A DNA stretch of 64,000 nt, from positions 67,208,001 to 67,272,000 of the forward strand of contig OZ320314.1 of assembly GCA_976226885.1 (NCBI GenBank). The letters run 5' to 3'. Position 1 is the first letter of the stretch. Every line of letters starts with the position of its first letter. Made by a program: the position numbers and the translations under genes. Positions 11,871-25,190 of this stretch are shown piece by piece. Source of the stretch: Iphione sp. A-MEVVRFRX5. Its lineage: Eukaryota. A model generated the notes under the pieces. It was not told where the DNA came from and made no database searches. It saw only the letters and a program-made list of their open reading frames with translations.

Positions 11871-14800
11871 TGATGTACGAGCGTTTGACGGGCGCGACCC
11901 GGTAAACGCGGAGCTGGTGAGAAAGCGGTCCTGATGGAACCAACCAGTCATGAATGGTGCCACTTTAACACATGCCACTTCTAGAGGCCCGACGAATAGG
12001 GCTCCTGGGACCGACAGGCCGCCGGGCGGCCGCTGAGCGCTCGGCGCGCTCGACGGCCACAGGGCGCATTACAAATCACACGGTCGGGCAGCCAACAACC
12101 GTTCGTCTTAGAAGCCTAGCCCGTGAAAAAATGCACACAAAGACGACTCGTGCTGCACGCCAATGTCTGAGAACAAAAAGTACTCAAGTCAGATCGACTA
12201 ACATACATCTTTTGTCTGCTGTCAATGAATTGGGAAATCGCCCAGCTGCAGCCTTCTTGTTACCATCTCCTCTAGCGCCAGTCCGTGTGTTGTTTTTTAA
12301 AAGAAAGATTCGTTAACATTCTACCAGTACTGGCACAACCTTAAAGTCAGCGAATGGTTCTTGCATGCCAGCACTCCCCTTGAGATGGTACACCCCTATA
12401 CTCTAACTTATATCATTTCAGATAATAACCTTAGAATTGCACTTGGACGTGTCTCACCGTTGCCTCTATCTGTGGCACAGGCTTGCTACCTTGACCGTGG
12501 AATAATGTAATGTCTAATGTGTTTGACATGTGTTCCGTGCTTCGTCATCAGAGGCTAGTGGATAGCCCCGCTAAGTGACATTGAGAATAAAAGATAATGT
12601 GGTCTACTGAGACGTATTTATAATCTCTGTGCTGTTTAAATGAGGTATTTCGGCTTTGGAACATAACAGAAAAGGGTAAGCAACAAAAGCATACAGGGAG
12701 ATTTTGTGCTATAACATGATCTGCAGTGGATGAAGTGCATCCAAATATAACTAACTGACCTGACATATATTTTCTTGGATGATCACGAGTGACGGGGAGT
12801 TACTCCAAGTGGAATCTAACCGTGTAAGGCCGTCAGACATTTTACCACAGCAGACGTATTGAGTGGACTGACAGATTTATTGACACTAGTTAACTCGAGA
12901 ATCGATTAACGCTTTTCCCATCCTTGGCACGTTCTCTGTGTCAGACGCCAAGGCGCTAACGTTGGCCTTGCCAGAAACCCCCCAAGATACGACCCAACTT
13001 CAGAAAGTTCGCAGCGGGATGCAAGACTAGACTAAAGAAAACTATGCACTACACACCGCACAGCAAGCCCCAAGCCAAATACACTTAATAATACGAGCCA
13101 ATTACAAGTCATGATATGTGCTACCCACTCCCCAGGATGTAGACCAACGTATATACCTAGAAATATAAGGACCATACACAATAGAAACAATAATTACGAG
13201 AAGTTAAATCCCACAATGTATACCATTATTTTCAGACAGAGGCGTCGGTAGTGATATGACACAAACTCAAATTTTCAATGCTTCTTGCCTTACACTGGAA
13301 AGCCACCTTAAGAAGACATCTCCAATAGTGATACGCTTCTAATAGGACACTTTGGGAAGAGCAGATTCTATTTTTATATATGCGAAAAAGTTTCTAATAT
13401 TGTCCTGGTCAGGGGCTTTCAACTGAGCCTCCTTTAGATCCTACATCTTGATCCAACCATACTCATATACTATATGAGCATGTATGGATCAAGATATGAC
13501 ATATATCAATCCGGGTGTGGAAATTCATTTCAAGATTAGCAAATGTGGAGGGACGAGTACAAAGCCTTGTGTAGCCTTGATTCACTTTATATGAATGTCA
13601 ACAATATATTTGATATGTAAATGAATTCACTGCAAGGTGGAAGTAGATTTGTTGAGAGAAACATTCAGTTATACTTAATAATAGCTAGGCGTTAATAAAA
13701 GGTAAGGCAAATATGAATTAAACCAACTTAAGTATAGGAATGAGTTGCCAGCATTCCTTGATAAAACTAAGGAAACACATTCTTAGGAAACATGAATCCT
13801 TTTCTACATTCAGAACAATACTTCAGGAGGGAGTTTATGAATATTCTTATGAGATTACAAAAGCCTGATGTTAACAAAATGATGAGAAAACATCATCTTT
13901 TTTAGGTTGTAGGAATTATAATCACACGTATTGTCTTCATGTAGTACTTTTCATATTGAGGATATTGATGAGGCTAAACATCAACAAAACTCAAAAAAGG
14001 AAAGTTAACTTCTTTATATCACCCCTTACATAGTACCCTGTCCATCACAAAGACAAGAACACCAGTGCAAAGAGCAACCAGTGCAAGCTGTCACTGAGAC
14101 CATTTCCATTACAAATTATACAGAGACACCACAAGTTAATACATATCTACAATTCGACCAATAACGACTAATACCAGAATAACCTCTCATATTATCTCCA
14201 ATTAAGTTGTGCCACAAAGTGGGATTCTCCAGTGCGCTGCAAGCCTACTGCTTCCAATATAAACTACTAGTGATCTTATCATGATATAATGCATTCACGT
14301 ACACCATAATTTTTGTTTCCTGACGAATATCTTTTTATATGGGCCACTACTTCCTTTGCCGAAAGCAAAGCTGTAAAAATTCTCAAAGCAGATGCCTGTA
14401 CACAATTATTCAAGTACAATGTATTGTTCTCTTCTGTGCTACAGATCCTTCTTTTGGGGCCACTAGATACGGTTTTATTATTGTGTTTAATTGAGAAGGA
14501 TGTAGTTTAAATCTTAAGTGTTGATCTCAATGATAATTTTAGTTTGTAAGAGGAGACACCAAACGACAAAACTCACGATACATTGCTCTAGACACATCTT
14601 TTTCAATCGAACTCTCCGCAAGGAGAGAGAGCACTGTGATGAAATATTTTTTTTTGCAAGAATCGTTCCAACTGAGCGAGCTTCAAGAGGTCGGTGTTTT
14701 TGCGGATTCCTTCGCGCCGGCGAGTGTTGGCCTCCACCGGAGAAGGGCGACGCCCTTCACAGCCAAGATTCCTGATAAGAAATCTGACTGGGCTGACATG

Positions 14801-17800
14801 AGTTCTCTTCTATTGTGCCAGCTCTGAAGGCTTGCCACCTTTCCTTCCAATCTTCTGTATACCACAGTGTATCCTTAGATTATGTACAGTTGTCTATCAA
14901 TTAGTTAAATTTCTAAGAATTGATGGAGCAAACAGAGCCATACGATTAAACATACCCCACACAGTAGGTTCCCATTTCGCTATTTGTGAAAACCAACACA
15001 AATCATGGAAATGTGGCAGTGATACAAAAGACCAGTTAATACTTGAAATACGTTTTTATACTACTAACATTTCGAATCACTTTTTTAATATACTACTATC
15101 CCTAACACACATTTGAGTATACTACTTCATACTCTCCGTTCCAACACTAACATCGTAAAGGTAAACAACGCGTGTCCACGAGAGGTGGTATCTCGATACA
15201 TATCAAAGATATAACTTGACAAGAACAAATCCTCTTTCTCCAAAAGGAACTCCTTTTTGCCTAGATGGGCATAGATAACGTTCAGACTGCCATATCCAGA
15301 ACAGCAACCAGTAGAGGCCGGAGTCTGTCCGTGAGGCTTACACGCTAGATCCGTTCTCTGCATGGAGCCACAGGGTTCCTCTTCACGGCAGAGCGACGCC
15401 TTACGTCCTCAATGTGGGAAACCCACCGACCTACACCAGCAGCCCTACAAGGGTCCAAATGTAAAGGGAAGAGGCTTATCTTGTATGTACCCGTATCCCA
15501 TATTCTTTATCCACACAGCCATGGCTTGCGCTCGCAGCGGTCTCCTTAGCAGCGTCACTTAAAGCATATCATTTCAGTGAAGCTGGCGGTTTAATCTCCG
15601 CCCATGCCTTCCATGTGTCATGCCTGAGTTACGTTGCTCCCCGTGTGATCAGTGCGAGGATGATTCAGTCGCTGTTAAGATTAGAGCGGGGTGTTGCGGC
15701 CATCGATCGGCCGTGTCGTGACGTTATCCGTCCTGTACGCAGTGCTGGGCCGTGGTGCGCCACGGCTGAAGCCTCCATTGGGCAGATCTACAGCTTAAAA
15801 CCCAGTAATCGCGCCATCCATAACGCTCACTCCACCAACCTGACGACGCAGAAAACTCTCTAAACGATAGGTCATCACATTTATATGTATACATGTACCA
15901 ATACTGAATTGTGTACGGCCTAATAGTAAAAGCAACTTCTTGCACCTCACATGTACCTGTAGGTGTGTATGTGTGTGTATAAGAGAAGGATGGGACGCTT
16001 TAGGGGGCCACTGAAGGATATAATAAAGCAACAAGCCATGACTATTTCTAAAAAAAACCTGAAGACACGCATAAAGGTGGAACTAATTGACAGGCATTTT
16101 ACTGTAGTGACTGAGATTTTTATCAAGTTACATTAGCATATTATCATTTGTATGTATACTGATATACAAATAACCGAAACTGTATAATGGTATTTGTTTC
16201 GACAAAAGCAACGTCTGCTGTTCTACATTTCCACATGACCCGAACTTTAGAAAGGTTTAAATATGGGTAGAGACCGATAAATATTCTATTAACCTTGGGT
16301 GACACTTCTATACCATGTTGTCCAGTACAGAACGAGACAGGTCTCACAGGTCCATGCGGGACACAAATGGCAGCGTTCTGACCATCTTTCAAGCAACTAC
16401 GTCAGTTCTAAAAATGGACAGTATTTATCATTTTAGGCATATCCACCGTCGACAATTGAATAACTCTACAGGCAAAAATAATGATGCCGCTTGAGTTATT
16501 GCACGTGAAAGGGAGAGCAGGGAAGCAAGAATCGACAAATTACATCACACTTCATGAAAGCGATAAAATGGGCGGTATTATTGACAAAATTGTCCTACAA
16601 GCTTCGCTAGCTTTTGCCTATCAAACCTTGTCCCGTTATATGAAAGCCTTTCATGGCTTGTTGACTGCGGTTGCATGTTGGCGCGACAGCAACTTGCCTA
16701 AGGCGTTTGTTGTGCCTTCACCATCATCTCTTCTGCGGCCACTGATGCTTCGTTTTCACAGCATTCATTAATAGAGTAAGTAAACGAGAAATTTACCCAT
16801 GATAAAAGATGATGGTTAACCGGCTACTGATGTTGGCCAAAGGCCAAATCCATTCCTGCCTGATTTGCTGGGGAAAAACACATCTGGTGAGACGGACTCA
16901 TTTTAAAAAATGATACGATAAATTGCGGTAGACAATTTGTGAAAATGCCTTAGATGTTTTTTTTTACCCATAATAACATTGGACAATTCTTAGAATGATC
17001 TTCAGAAGGTTGTTAGGATATTACTTTTCGATTATGGTAAAAAAATACAACGGTACCCTTATAGTGAACCTCGGGAAGTACTCCACTCCGTCAACAGAAC
17101 CAGCAGTGATTTTGAGTCTGCAAATTTTTGTGCTCAATTAGCCATGATTATGTTAGGTTATCCCAAACTAGCGGTATGTGAGCTTAGCAGGCCTGTGATC
17201 CATAATATAGGATACGGGCACACACTATCACTCGAGTATTCGATAGCTCTTGTCGCAATCTATTGCCACTATCATTCACCGATTATCACCCAGCTCTAGT
17301 CGAGACAATTATCTATCAACTAGCGCCATATTCCTAGGACCGCTGTTACTCCGCGACTACCTATTCCCCTTGATCGCTACAACCCCAGTCTGCACGTCTT
17401 TTCACCACTACCCGACGTCACCTCTAGCTCCTCCGTACGAGCGGGAAGTATACCGTCCCACCCAGGGAGGTAGCCACGGAAGGCCATTCTTACATCCTAT
17501 TCTGGCTCTTATCACGCTGAGCGTCTGGCTATTGTCATGGGAGGCTTAGCACCCGCTCATGGCTAGTGGGCCGGTTAACGTAATAAGGACGCCACTCCTC
17601 GAGGGTCAGAGCCGGCCGCCTGAGCTGCTCGATGGGCCCCCAGTCTGGCGGCAACAAAGGGCCAAGGAGACGGCCACTTAAGGTGGCCATGATCCATGAT
17701 GATTGCAACTCAAACCATGTATATCTGTTTAAACTCTACGACAGGGAAAAAAACTGGGAGAAGAGCCACGATAGGGTTTGAAACAAAAAGCTGCGTGATA

Positions 17801-18919
17801 TCCCTTCTGCCCCATAAATCACTCAGCGCGCCGTAAAGCTCGCGTCTCCACAGTGGCGCCGCGTTGTCTACGGCACGCACTCCCGGCTTAACGTGGTCAC
17901 CAACCGTCTTCTCAAATAAATACCCTTGCAGCTTTTGTGTGAGCAGATTAGCCTCCTCCAAAAACCATGGAAAGTGGCGAAGGAAACACTGGGTGAGCTA
18001 CAGCCTGATTAGCATCCCTTTTTAGTACTGAAAAACAATCCACTGATGGATTCTAATATAAACACATTCTTACATATACATGTATATTTCCAGTTGAATG
18101 GCGTAAGGCCACTATTTGAAACTGTTTCAAATTAAGATACGATGGAAGAATATGAAAACCCTTTTATCCCACGTAAAAAAGTGTTGCATTTCACTAGTAT
18201 TTCAAAATGATAAGTCTAACAGTAGCTAAGGGTCATATAGATTTTCCTCTTCTCCTGCCTTTGAGGAGAAGTGTTAGAAACTGTTTGGGTAACCTGACAA
18301 CTAAGAATTAGGAAACTGTGTGACTGGGGATAAGGCTTCAGAGGAAGAGGTAGTTTAATAAGGGGCCGACAGGGACAGGAATGGCGACGCTAGTGGCTGT
18401 ATGGCGCCTTGAAGCGTCAGACTGAGGAGACTGGGTACGACAGGCGTCAGCTCCTTCACACGGATGAGTCTGTGACGCCTAGCTTCTCCGCTATCCCTTC
18501 ATTCGTTACGGATGGCAAGCGTGATTTATATAAAATATAGATCATGGCTGTTGTTCGACCCCCACACAGCATGTCTGCAGGCACAGACGGGCCCCTCCTC
18601 ATACTGCAAACTACAGATACTGCTTACTAGGACTTTACGAGAGAAACTTAGGGATTCTGATTGCGGCAGAGTTATATTACCTCTTCATATGCATTTTGAT
18701 CGTAACTTCAGTCGTCGAACGTAGAGAATAGTTGTATCATCTAAATCCGGCAATAGGCTTTGGTCTATAAAGTGGGGCCTACCCGCGCGATAGCTCCAAT
18801 TTTAAGTCTCTTCCCTGTTAATCCACATGTATGCCATGCATGAGCAAATCTGACAGTCGTTGTGTAAATCGTTCAAGATGTGGTAGCCTTACCCCTCGGG
18901 TCCTACAGTCAACTCATGT

Positions 18920-19945
18920 CATTGGCGACTAGGGGGACTGCTGGGTGAGTAGCCGAATGCGTGGAATACGTCATTAGGAGGTGACCCAAGGCGGTAGTAG
19001 GGAAAGCTCGCGGCTCGGCGCGGCTGAGGGCCACAGTAAATGTGGTTAGCCAATCTAAGTGAACACGGTCCTCTGGTGGTCAGGTCCCTCCTGGTACAGG
19101 TCAGACTGGTGGCAATGGGCGGCTCTGAACCGTACCAAGTGCTGTGCATGGACTGGGTGTTGAGTCTTACTGGGTATCTAACCATGGAAGTATGTCGGGA
19201 CAGATGTTCGAGATAATTGGGCGTGTCCCTGTCACCCTCGATAATATTCAGCGCAATATTCTGGATTGCAATAGTGGGTAGGCAGGAGGTCGGAGTTTAC
19301 AGTGGACAGGGGAGTGAGCAGTCCGCCGCAGACAGTCAACAGTGGCGCTGTGGATAGAGGGCAGTGGGCAGTCGGTGATAGGCAACTGATAGTGGGTTAT
19401 GGGTGGTGGTTTGCTAGAGACAGGCCATTCCCCCGAGACAGAGGCAGGCCCTCCGCCTCATCTGGTAGCCCGGGCGGGTGATGGTGCAGGCCCCATGCGG
19501 CGTGCTGACTGACCTGTCCGGGATAATAACATGTGCTCTTGGTCCACGCCTGACACGCTGCACGCCGAGCTTTGGCTCTCGCATGGGCCAAAGGAGTGGA
19601 GCAAGGCATGGTCATCGTCGTAGGGGTATCCGGGAGACCATCAATCTGCTGCCAGGACCTAGCCACACGTCGGCCCATGGTCCTCGGAGCCCTGGACGTC
19701 ACAGATGGCCTGATCAGTGACCGTTCCCGGCCTTGAGGGATGAAGGAGGAAAGCAAGGAGGGCGGGGCAGGAACGCTGCCTACTGCTTGCCTCTGACGTG
19801 GTGTCAATGGGGGGAGGGTGTGATTCACACAGATCCAGGACGTGCACCGCCCTGACGGAACCATCACTCTCCGACTTATCTGGTAGAAAATCATCACATG
19901 TATCAATTGTGGGGATTAGTAATGGCATCGGCGACTGATGCAACC
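18920..19945 (-). pseudogene. Eroded LINE ORF2 fragment (I/Jockey-like): endonuclease end, linker, RT start
   Basis: In order on the minus strand: TIDT..VLDLCESHPPPI (cf. IDL..DL.GSDH.PI), ARAKARRAACQAW (cf. RAKARR.IRQAKR.SW), YLEHLS, PPIATSLTC (cf. YRPIALTSC). Confidence 0.45.
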
Positions 19946-20825
19946 TACACAGAGCCCGTGCGATATGGAGCTCGTTTTTTATCTATAAAATGACCTGTCG
20001 GTAAAACAAATGGATTCTCCAAAACAATTTAATGGCAAGCTACGATTTTAAAAAGCCTCTGAGTCATTAGGAGAAAGAGTTTTATTTCAAAGGTGGACGA
20101 AGTAATTTGTAGCAGAAGCCACGTGTTGTTGCCGGTTGCAACGGACTTCAGTCTGAATACACTCATTATTGTTTGATATAAAATTTCATGATTGTGTACA
20201 ATATTTCTGTATCCTGGATGGATCGAGCATTAGATCCTTTGTACCCTTTGAGTCCACATTAATGAAAGGTGGCGGTCCTACTAGAAGGAACGAAAAGCAC
20301 ATGACGTTTATAAAAACTTGAAGCTGGTTAGCGTACCTTGTCCCAAGACAGATGAACATGCATTAATATTTTTGTAAAACTATTGTTAAAAATGGTCTGC
20401 AATATTGCAGTGGTTCGTCATCAGTCATGGACCATATTCACTTGCAAAGATCTGTTTGGAGTGATTGGAAGCACTATCTTAAGAGGATTCAACTTTATCT
20501 TACTAGCATTGGAATGACGTGTACATATTCGACTTGACATGTCTACTTATATGGGAAATTAATGTATTACTTTAAAAAATTACTTCGCAAACTCCAGATA
20601 AGTGAATTTGGGGAAGTATTAAACTATGAAGTTGCACCTACAGTCACTTTACACGTCTACTCTCATATCCTCTCCCACCTTCGGCGTCATTAGTTGAGAG
20701 ATTAATTAGAAGCATTTGAAACACACTAAGACCCGCGTATATCGCCTGCAGACACGGCTTGTGGTTAATGATCGTTCTTGATTGCTTGCTGTAGAAGGCA
20801 GCGTAGAAATAGATTATGCATGTAA

Positions 20826-20889
20826 AGTATTAAGTTCCACTCCCACCTTGGTTACCTGCTATTTGGTGTGCCTACCAGAGAGGGGCGCC
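20826..20889. repeat. 64-bp dispersed repeat, copy 1 (probable SINE/LINE end)
   Basis: 52/64 identical to 23366-23429 (gttccactccca...gctatttggtgtg...ccaga.agggg). Confidence 0.7.
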
Positions 20890-22590
20890 TGTTAACATAG
20901 ACTCAAATGTATTGGTTAAGATCTATGTTAGGTTACACTAAGCGTAGGCTGGTTCTTACTCTACAGAAACACAAACATAATCATAATGGGAGTATAACAA
21001 TCTGAGGTTTCAGTTAACAAAACGACGAAAGTTCCTGCACCTACAGAAAGCAAGAACACAGAGTAAAGTTTCCTAATCGATTTCTTGCCGACTTGTGTAA
21101 GCCCGAATCTTTGTTGGTGACATGATATTAGCTCCCGAACCCTGATTCCCCTGTGGATGAGAATCGAATAAGGTGGATTTGTATTAAGTAGTGTATGTGT
21201 CTGGTATAGCGTCAGCAAGAGCATAATCTGAGAGAAAAAAGAAGATACCATGTCCAATAGTAGTACATCACCAAAGTGAAATGGAGACAATGTCTAATTT
21301 TATATCTTTACAGTGGGGTTATAATGATAATTTTCTGTATTGAATCATAAACAGGCACCAGCAAAGGAGAATAAAGTACGGTTTGAAGTGTATTTGCATT
21401 TACTAACTGTAACTGAGAGACAACAAAGGTTTCGCCAGCCAGTTAAAGCATGTACAATGATATCAATCGATTTAAAGTTCCCTTTCGGTAACCTTACCCG
21501 AATCAACTGGCAATCATTCCCTGAAAGATTTGTCATAAAATGAAAAGAGAAACATTTTTTGGATGTAAACCCTACGGAATTACGAACTTCATAAAAAAAA
21601 CTACGTCTGAAGGACTGCCTGTGCCTTTTAAGGATGTTCCCTTGTGAAATGCTAAATGTCAAGTACTTCTATAAACTGTGATTTCTGAAAAATTGATACC
21701 AAAACAAAGGCGTAGATATGCTTAGTACTTATCTAGACAAAAACATGTCGAAGGGCTCTTTATCTTGAGATAGACAGGAAAATGTTACAAAATTATTAAA
21801 TATTTGTGAAATATTATTAAGAAGATTTAAACAACCTCAAACTATAGAATTTTTCTTTGTACGAAGGTAAAAGCAAAGGGTTTTGTAAAGCATTTAACCC
21901 GTCAATAAGGAATATAATCTTGCAGTAGGAAAACACAGGGAAACATCCATAAAACTTCACGCATGTACGCATGTGTCACACCAAGCAAAAGGTATTGGTC
22001 TGATTCAAAGGATATGTTGACTTGTTGATGATTGATATAATCACAAGACAAATCCACTTCTTACCTACAAAGTAGACTCTTTGAGAGAGTTGTCAATGTA
22101 AAAGATCATACCACATCCTTAAAGTTTCCCAGAGGCAAGTGCTGTTATAGAGAATGATGCAACTTATTTCATTTAAAAGATTCCGTCGTTTATGATCTGC
22201 TTTAGGGACACTCTCTTTTGGGTTATTACCCACACGCAACAATTCACTGATTGTACAGTAGGTTCAGTTCCAGTTGCAATGACAACTTTTACCTTTGCTA
22301 TGGCAACGATTGCTGTTGTCACAGGCTGGTTTGAACATGCATCATTGAATTTTGCTCTATACAGAACGTAACTTAGAAACATGCGATCAGTCAATTGAAG
22401 CATGGCTGGGGGCTTTTACATTGTCAACTTCACCTGCGATTGTCTGCTAGTACCCGTGACAGATTTACCAGCTTCAGACCTTGCTGTATGTGCCATGCAG
22501 TAAAATGGGCAGGAAGCTACAATATTTCAGCTGCTTTAATTTTTACCCAGATCGTCACATGGGAAGCTCCTTTAATTGTACGTATGGTTA

Positions 22591-22938
22591 GGCAAAAAAA
22601 AAATAGGTGTGTTTCTGGTAACCCAACCCTACCTAGTAAAACCTCACCCTACCTACCAAATTTTTGGCCCCAAAGAGTTTCCAAGGCTGAATTTCCTTAG
22701 GTATGTGTTTTCACGGTGCATATTTTTGGTAGATTCAGTGGAAAAACAACACAATCCATGGAAATTCAACAAAAACTGTAAAACTCATGCAAATTGGTCA
22801 AAATTCTTCATATTGTCTTCATTATTATTGAAAACAGAGGAAGAAAGTGGAAAAAAATTAAACAAAAAAAAGATACCCCACCTCCCTATCTAGCTTTTTG
22901 GCTGGTCGTTACCAGAAACACACCTATTTTTTTTGGCC
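22591..22938. mobile_element. 348-bp MITE, TTA target duplication, PIF/Harbinger-like (superfamily inferred)
   Basis: TTA|GGCAAAAAAAAAATAGGTGTGTTTCTGGTAAC ... GTTACCAGAAACACACCTATTTTTTTTGGCC|TTA; second copy inverted at 60491-60842. Confidence 0.85.
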
Positions 22939-23365
22939 TTACCCATGTTTCTCTTCAGTCTGCATAACCTTACACTGCCAAGGGCAAAGTGACCAATAGA
23001 GTACACACATATAGTCAACCCTTAGTAACCGCGGTAACTCTTATCAGTTACATGTGGAACTGCCACTTATGTGGTGCATTGTGTAAAACAAATCCCGAGA
23101 TTGAATGCATTTCAAATCACCAGAAATACACGATTTGTCGGTTATCAAGTTGTCACTTATTGAGAGCTGTAGACATATCCTTGATGGATTGTACATTGAC
23201 ATCCAAAACATATAGTTTAGGTCGATGTTTGAATCACCTGTCCTGGCTGACCACTGGCACTCCAGTTGGAATGACACGATAAGGAGGAAGCTTGAAGGTT
23301 GAAAAACAGACTCGTGTACAATCGATCAAAACAAGCTATTGCAAAAATAAAGGCGAATAATTTTT

Positions 23366-23429
23366 AGTATTATGTTCCACTCCCAGCTCTTTTACTTGCT
23401 ATTTGGTGTGACGTCCAGACAGGGGAACC
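23366..23429. repeat. 64-bp dispersed repeat, copy 2
   Basis: Same orientation as 20826-20889. Confidence 0.7.
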
Positions 23430-23636
23430 GTACGTTTCTGTTCATATAATGAACTGTAGGATGACATCCATGACCCGTGAGTACAGTCAACTCTCCCAAA
23501 TGCAGACACCCTCTGTTCTTCGCCAAACTGTTCTCATTTCAGACGTGTCCGCTTTGTAGATCTGTTAGTAGGATATAGAAAGTGCATTTATGAATGGATG
23601 AGGACAACGCAGGAGTAAATTATGACAGATTAGAGC

Positions 23637-23711
23637 CCTAAAAGTGCTGAATTTGATGAGTTAAAGTCCTAAAAGTGTTGAATTTGATGGGTAAGATTCC
23701 TAAAAGTGCTT
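23637..23711. repeat. 31-bp tandem repeat, ~2.4 copies
   Basis: cctaaaagtg recurs at 23637, 23668 and 23699. Confidence 0.85.
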
Positions 23712-23739
23712 ACTAACACCAGTCAAAGGACTTTAGAGC

Positions 23740-24025
23740 CCAATTCAGTGTGTCAATACATTGTGTACAAGGAGCTCTTGAGGTCAACCTGTGAAAATGA
23801 TTTCTGAGACTTCCCTGCTACCCCCAATCAGTGCAACAACATGTTGTGCACAGGGGAATATTGAGGTGAAACCTGTTACAGTGACTTCTGAGGCTTTCCT
23901 ACTACCACCAAATCAGTGCAACAACAAATTGTGTACGGTGGGGTATTCAAGTTAACCTGTGAAAATGACTTTTCCAGCTTCCCTGCTGCCCCAAATCAGT
24001 GCGACAACTGTGTCCACAGGGTGAC
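23740..24025. repeat. 84-bp tandem repeat, ~3.4 copies
   Basis: aacctgt recurs at 23786, 23870 and 23954; shared core cc(c/a)aatcagtgc(a/g)acaac. Confidence 0.85.
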
Positions 24026-24973
24026 ACTTCATAACAGAGGGTGTCCTGATTAGAGGCATCTTCTCATATTGGTTATATGGTTATAGAAAATATGGCAATG
24101 CTTTTCTAAATCGTCCGGATTTGGGGCACGTCCACTTTGTAGACATGGTCTTGAGGGAAGAGTCGACTGTATTGTCAATTTTGGGATTGTTCGTTGAATT
24201 GCTGTTTTTATTTGTATCTATACAATCCATTTCCTGTGTGGCACCTTCCATACACTTATGCATTGGCCTGTGGGGGAAAGTCAATGGACCCTCCTAAGGT
24301 ATAACATTATAGCAGTCTTGAAATTCTCAGATGTAGCTCAGCCAAACTATAGGGGATAAATGGGATATGCTGTGGGTTCCACTCACAAAAGATACCAAAG
24401 GGTTTGTATTTTGCTATCCCTATGACTGGTGCTCCCTTTGCTGTGGCAACCATATAGTCATAATGACAGGAGGAAAGATTCAGCGGGGGTTGTTAATCCA
24501 TATACAATGTAGTGCCATTTTATGTCATTTTCTCTAGCCTGCTTACTGAACTATTGAACATGGAGTGGTCCTTTGCTGAACATGATGCTACATAAATATG
24601 TGTAGGGGTGTGTAGCTTGTCGATAGACATGAGTCACACAGTTAACCAGAATCATAATAACTGCATATGGGGAAATAAATGTTGTATGGAAGAGGGAAAT
24701 GTCTTCGGTGTCGATTTGTAACAGACATGAAAAATTTTTTTGTGTTCAGCGGGTTGAGCTTCATTGCTTCATTGAGCAAGCCTGGCTATTCTGATCTGCT
24801 ACTTTATCAATTATGTTTTAAAGTTGGATTTTAATAGTTTCTATCTTGTAACTTTCATGTAAGATATCATGTAACGTTTAAACTATTCCATTATTTTGTT
24901 ATAAAAGTGACAACAATATAATTATTTACGAGCATACATGTAGTTTTATCAGACAAATCTGCCTCAGTATGGA

Positions 24974-25190
24974 AGAATTCTTTGAGATCCACAAAAAAAC
25001 CCACACCTTTTTAACAGAATTGGTCAGACTTCTTTATGATCGCCCCAGAAAGCACAAAGTGTTAATAGAATTGGTCAGAATTCTTTGTGTTTAGCACAGA
25101 AAAACACAGTTTTAACAGAATCTGTCCTCATTTTCATCACTTTTCTGCACGGTTTCCTGCATGGGTTTCCCACATGGTTTCCCACAGGTA
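24974..25190. repeat. ~50-bp tandem repeat (x3) followed by 12-13-bp ggtttcc repeats (x3)
   Basis: ttaa(c/t)agaat at 25011, 25062, 25112; ggtttcc at 25151, 25164, 25176. Confidence 0.7.

Noticed and set aside
15127-15363. SRGH motif resembling the CR1/L2 ORF2 C-terminus
   Set aside because: Single short motif; flanking WN.LP and RR.RGDL motifs are too degenerate to support a call.
17250-17549. LGPLL resembling the RT QGSVLGPLLF motif
   Set aside because: QG and downstream YADD-type motifs are absent.
13290-23570. Tc1/pogo-like TACAGT(C/G) starts at ~13290, 18903 and 23483
   Set aside because: No convincing matching second TIR; at best very old MITE ends.
23637-25190. CRISPR-like reading of the short tandem arrays
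   Set aside because: Eukaryotic context; units are degenerate along their whole length with no unique spacers and no cas genes.
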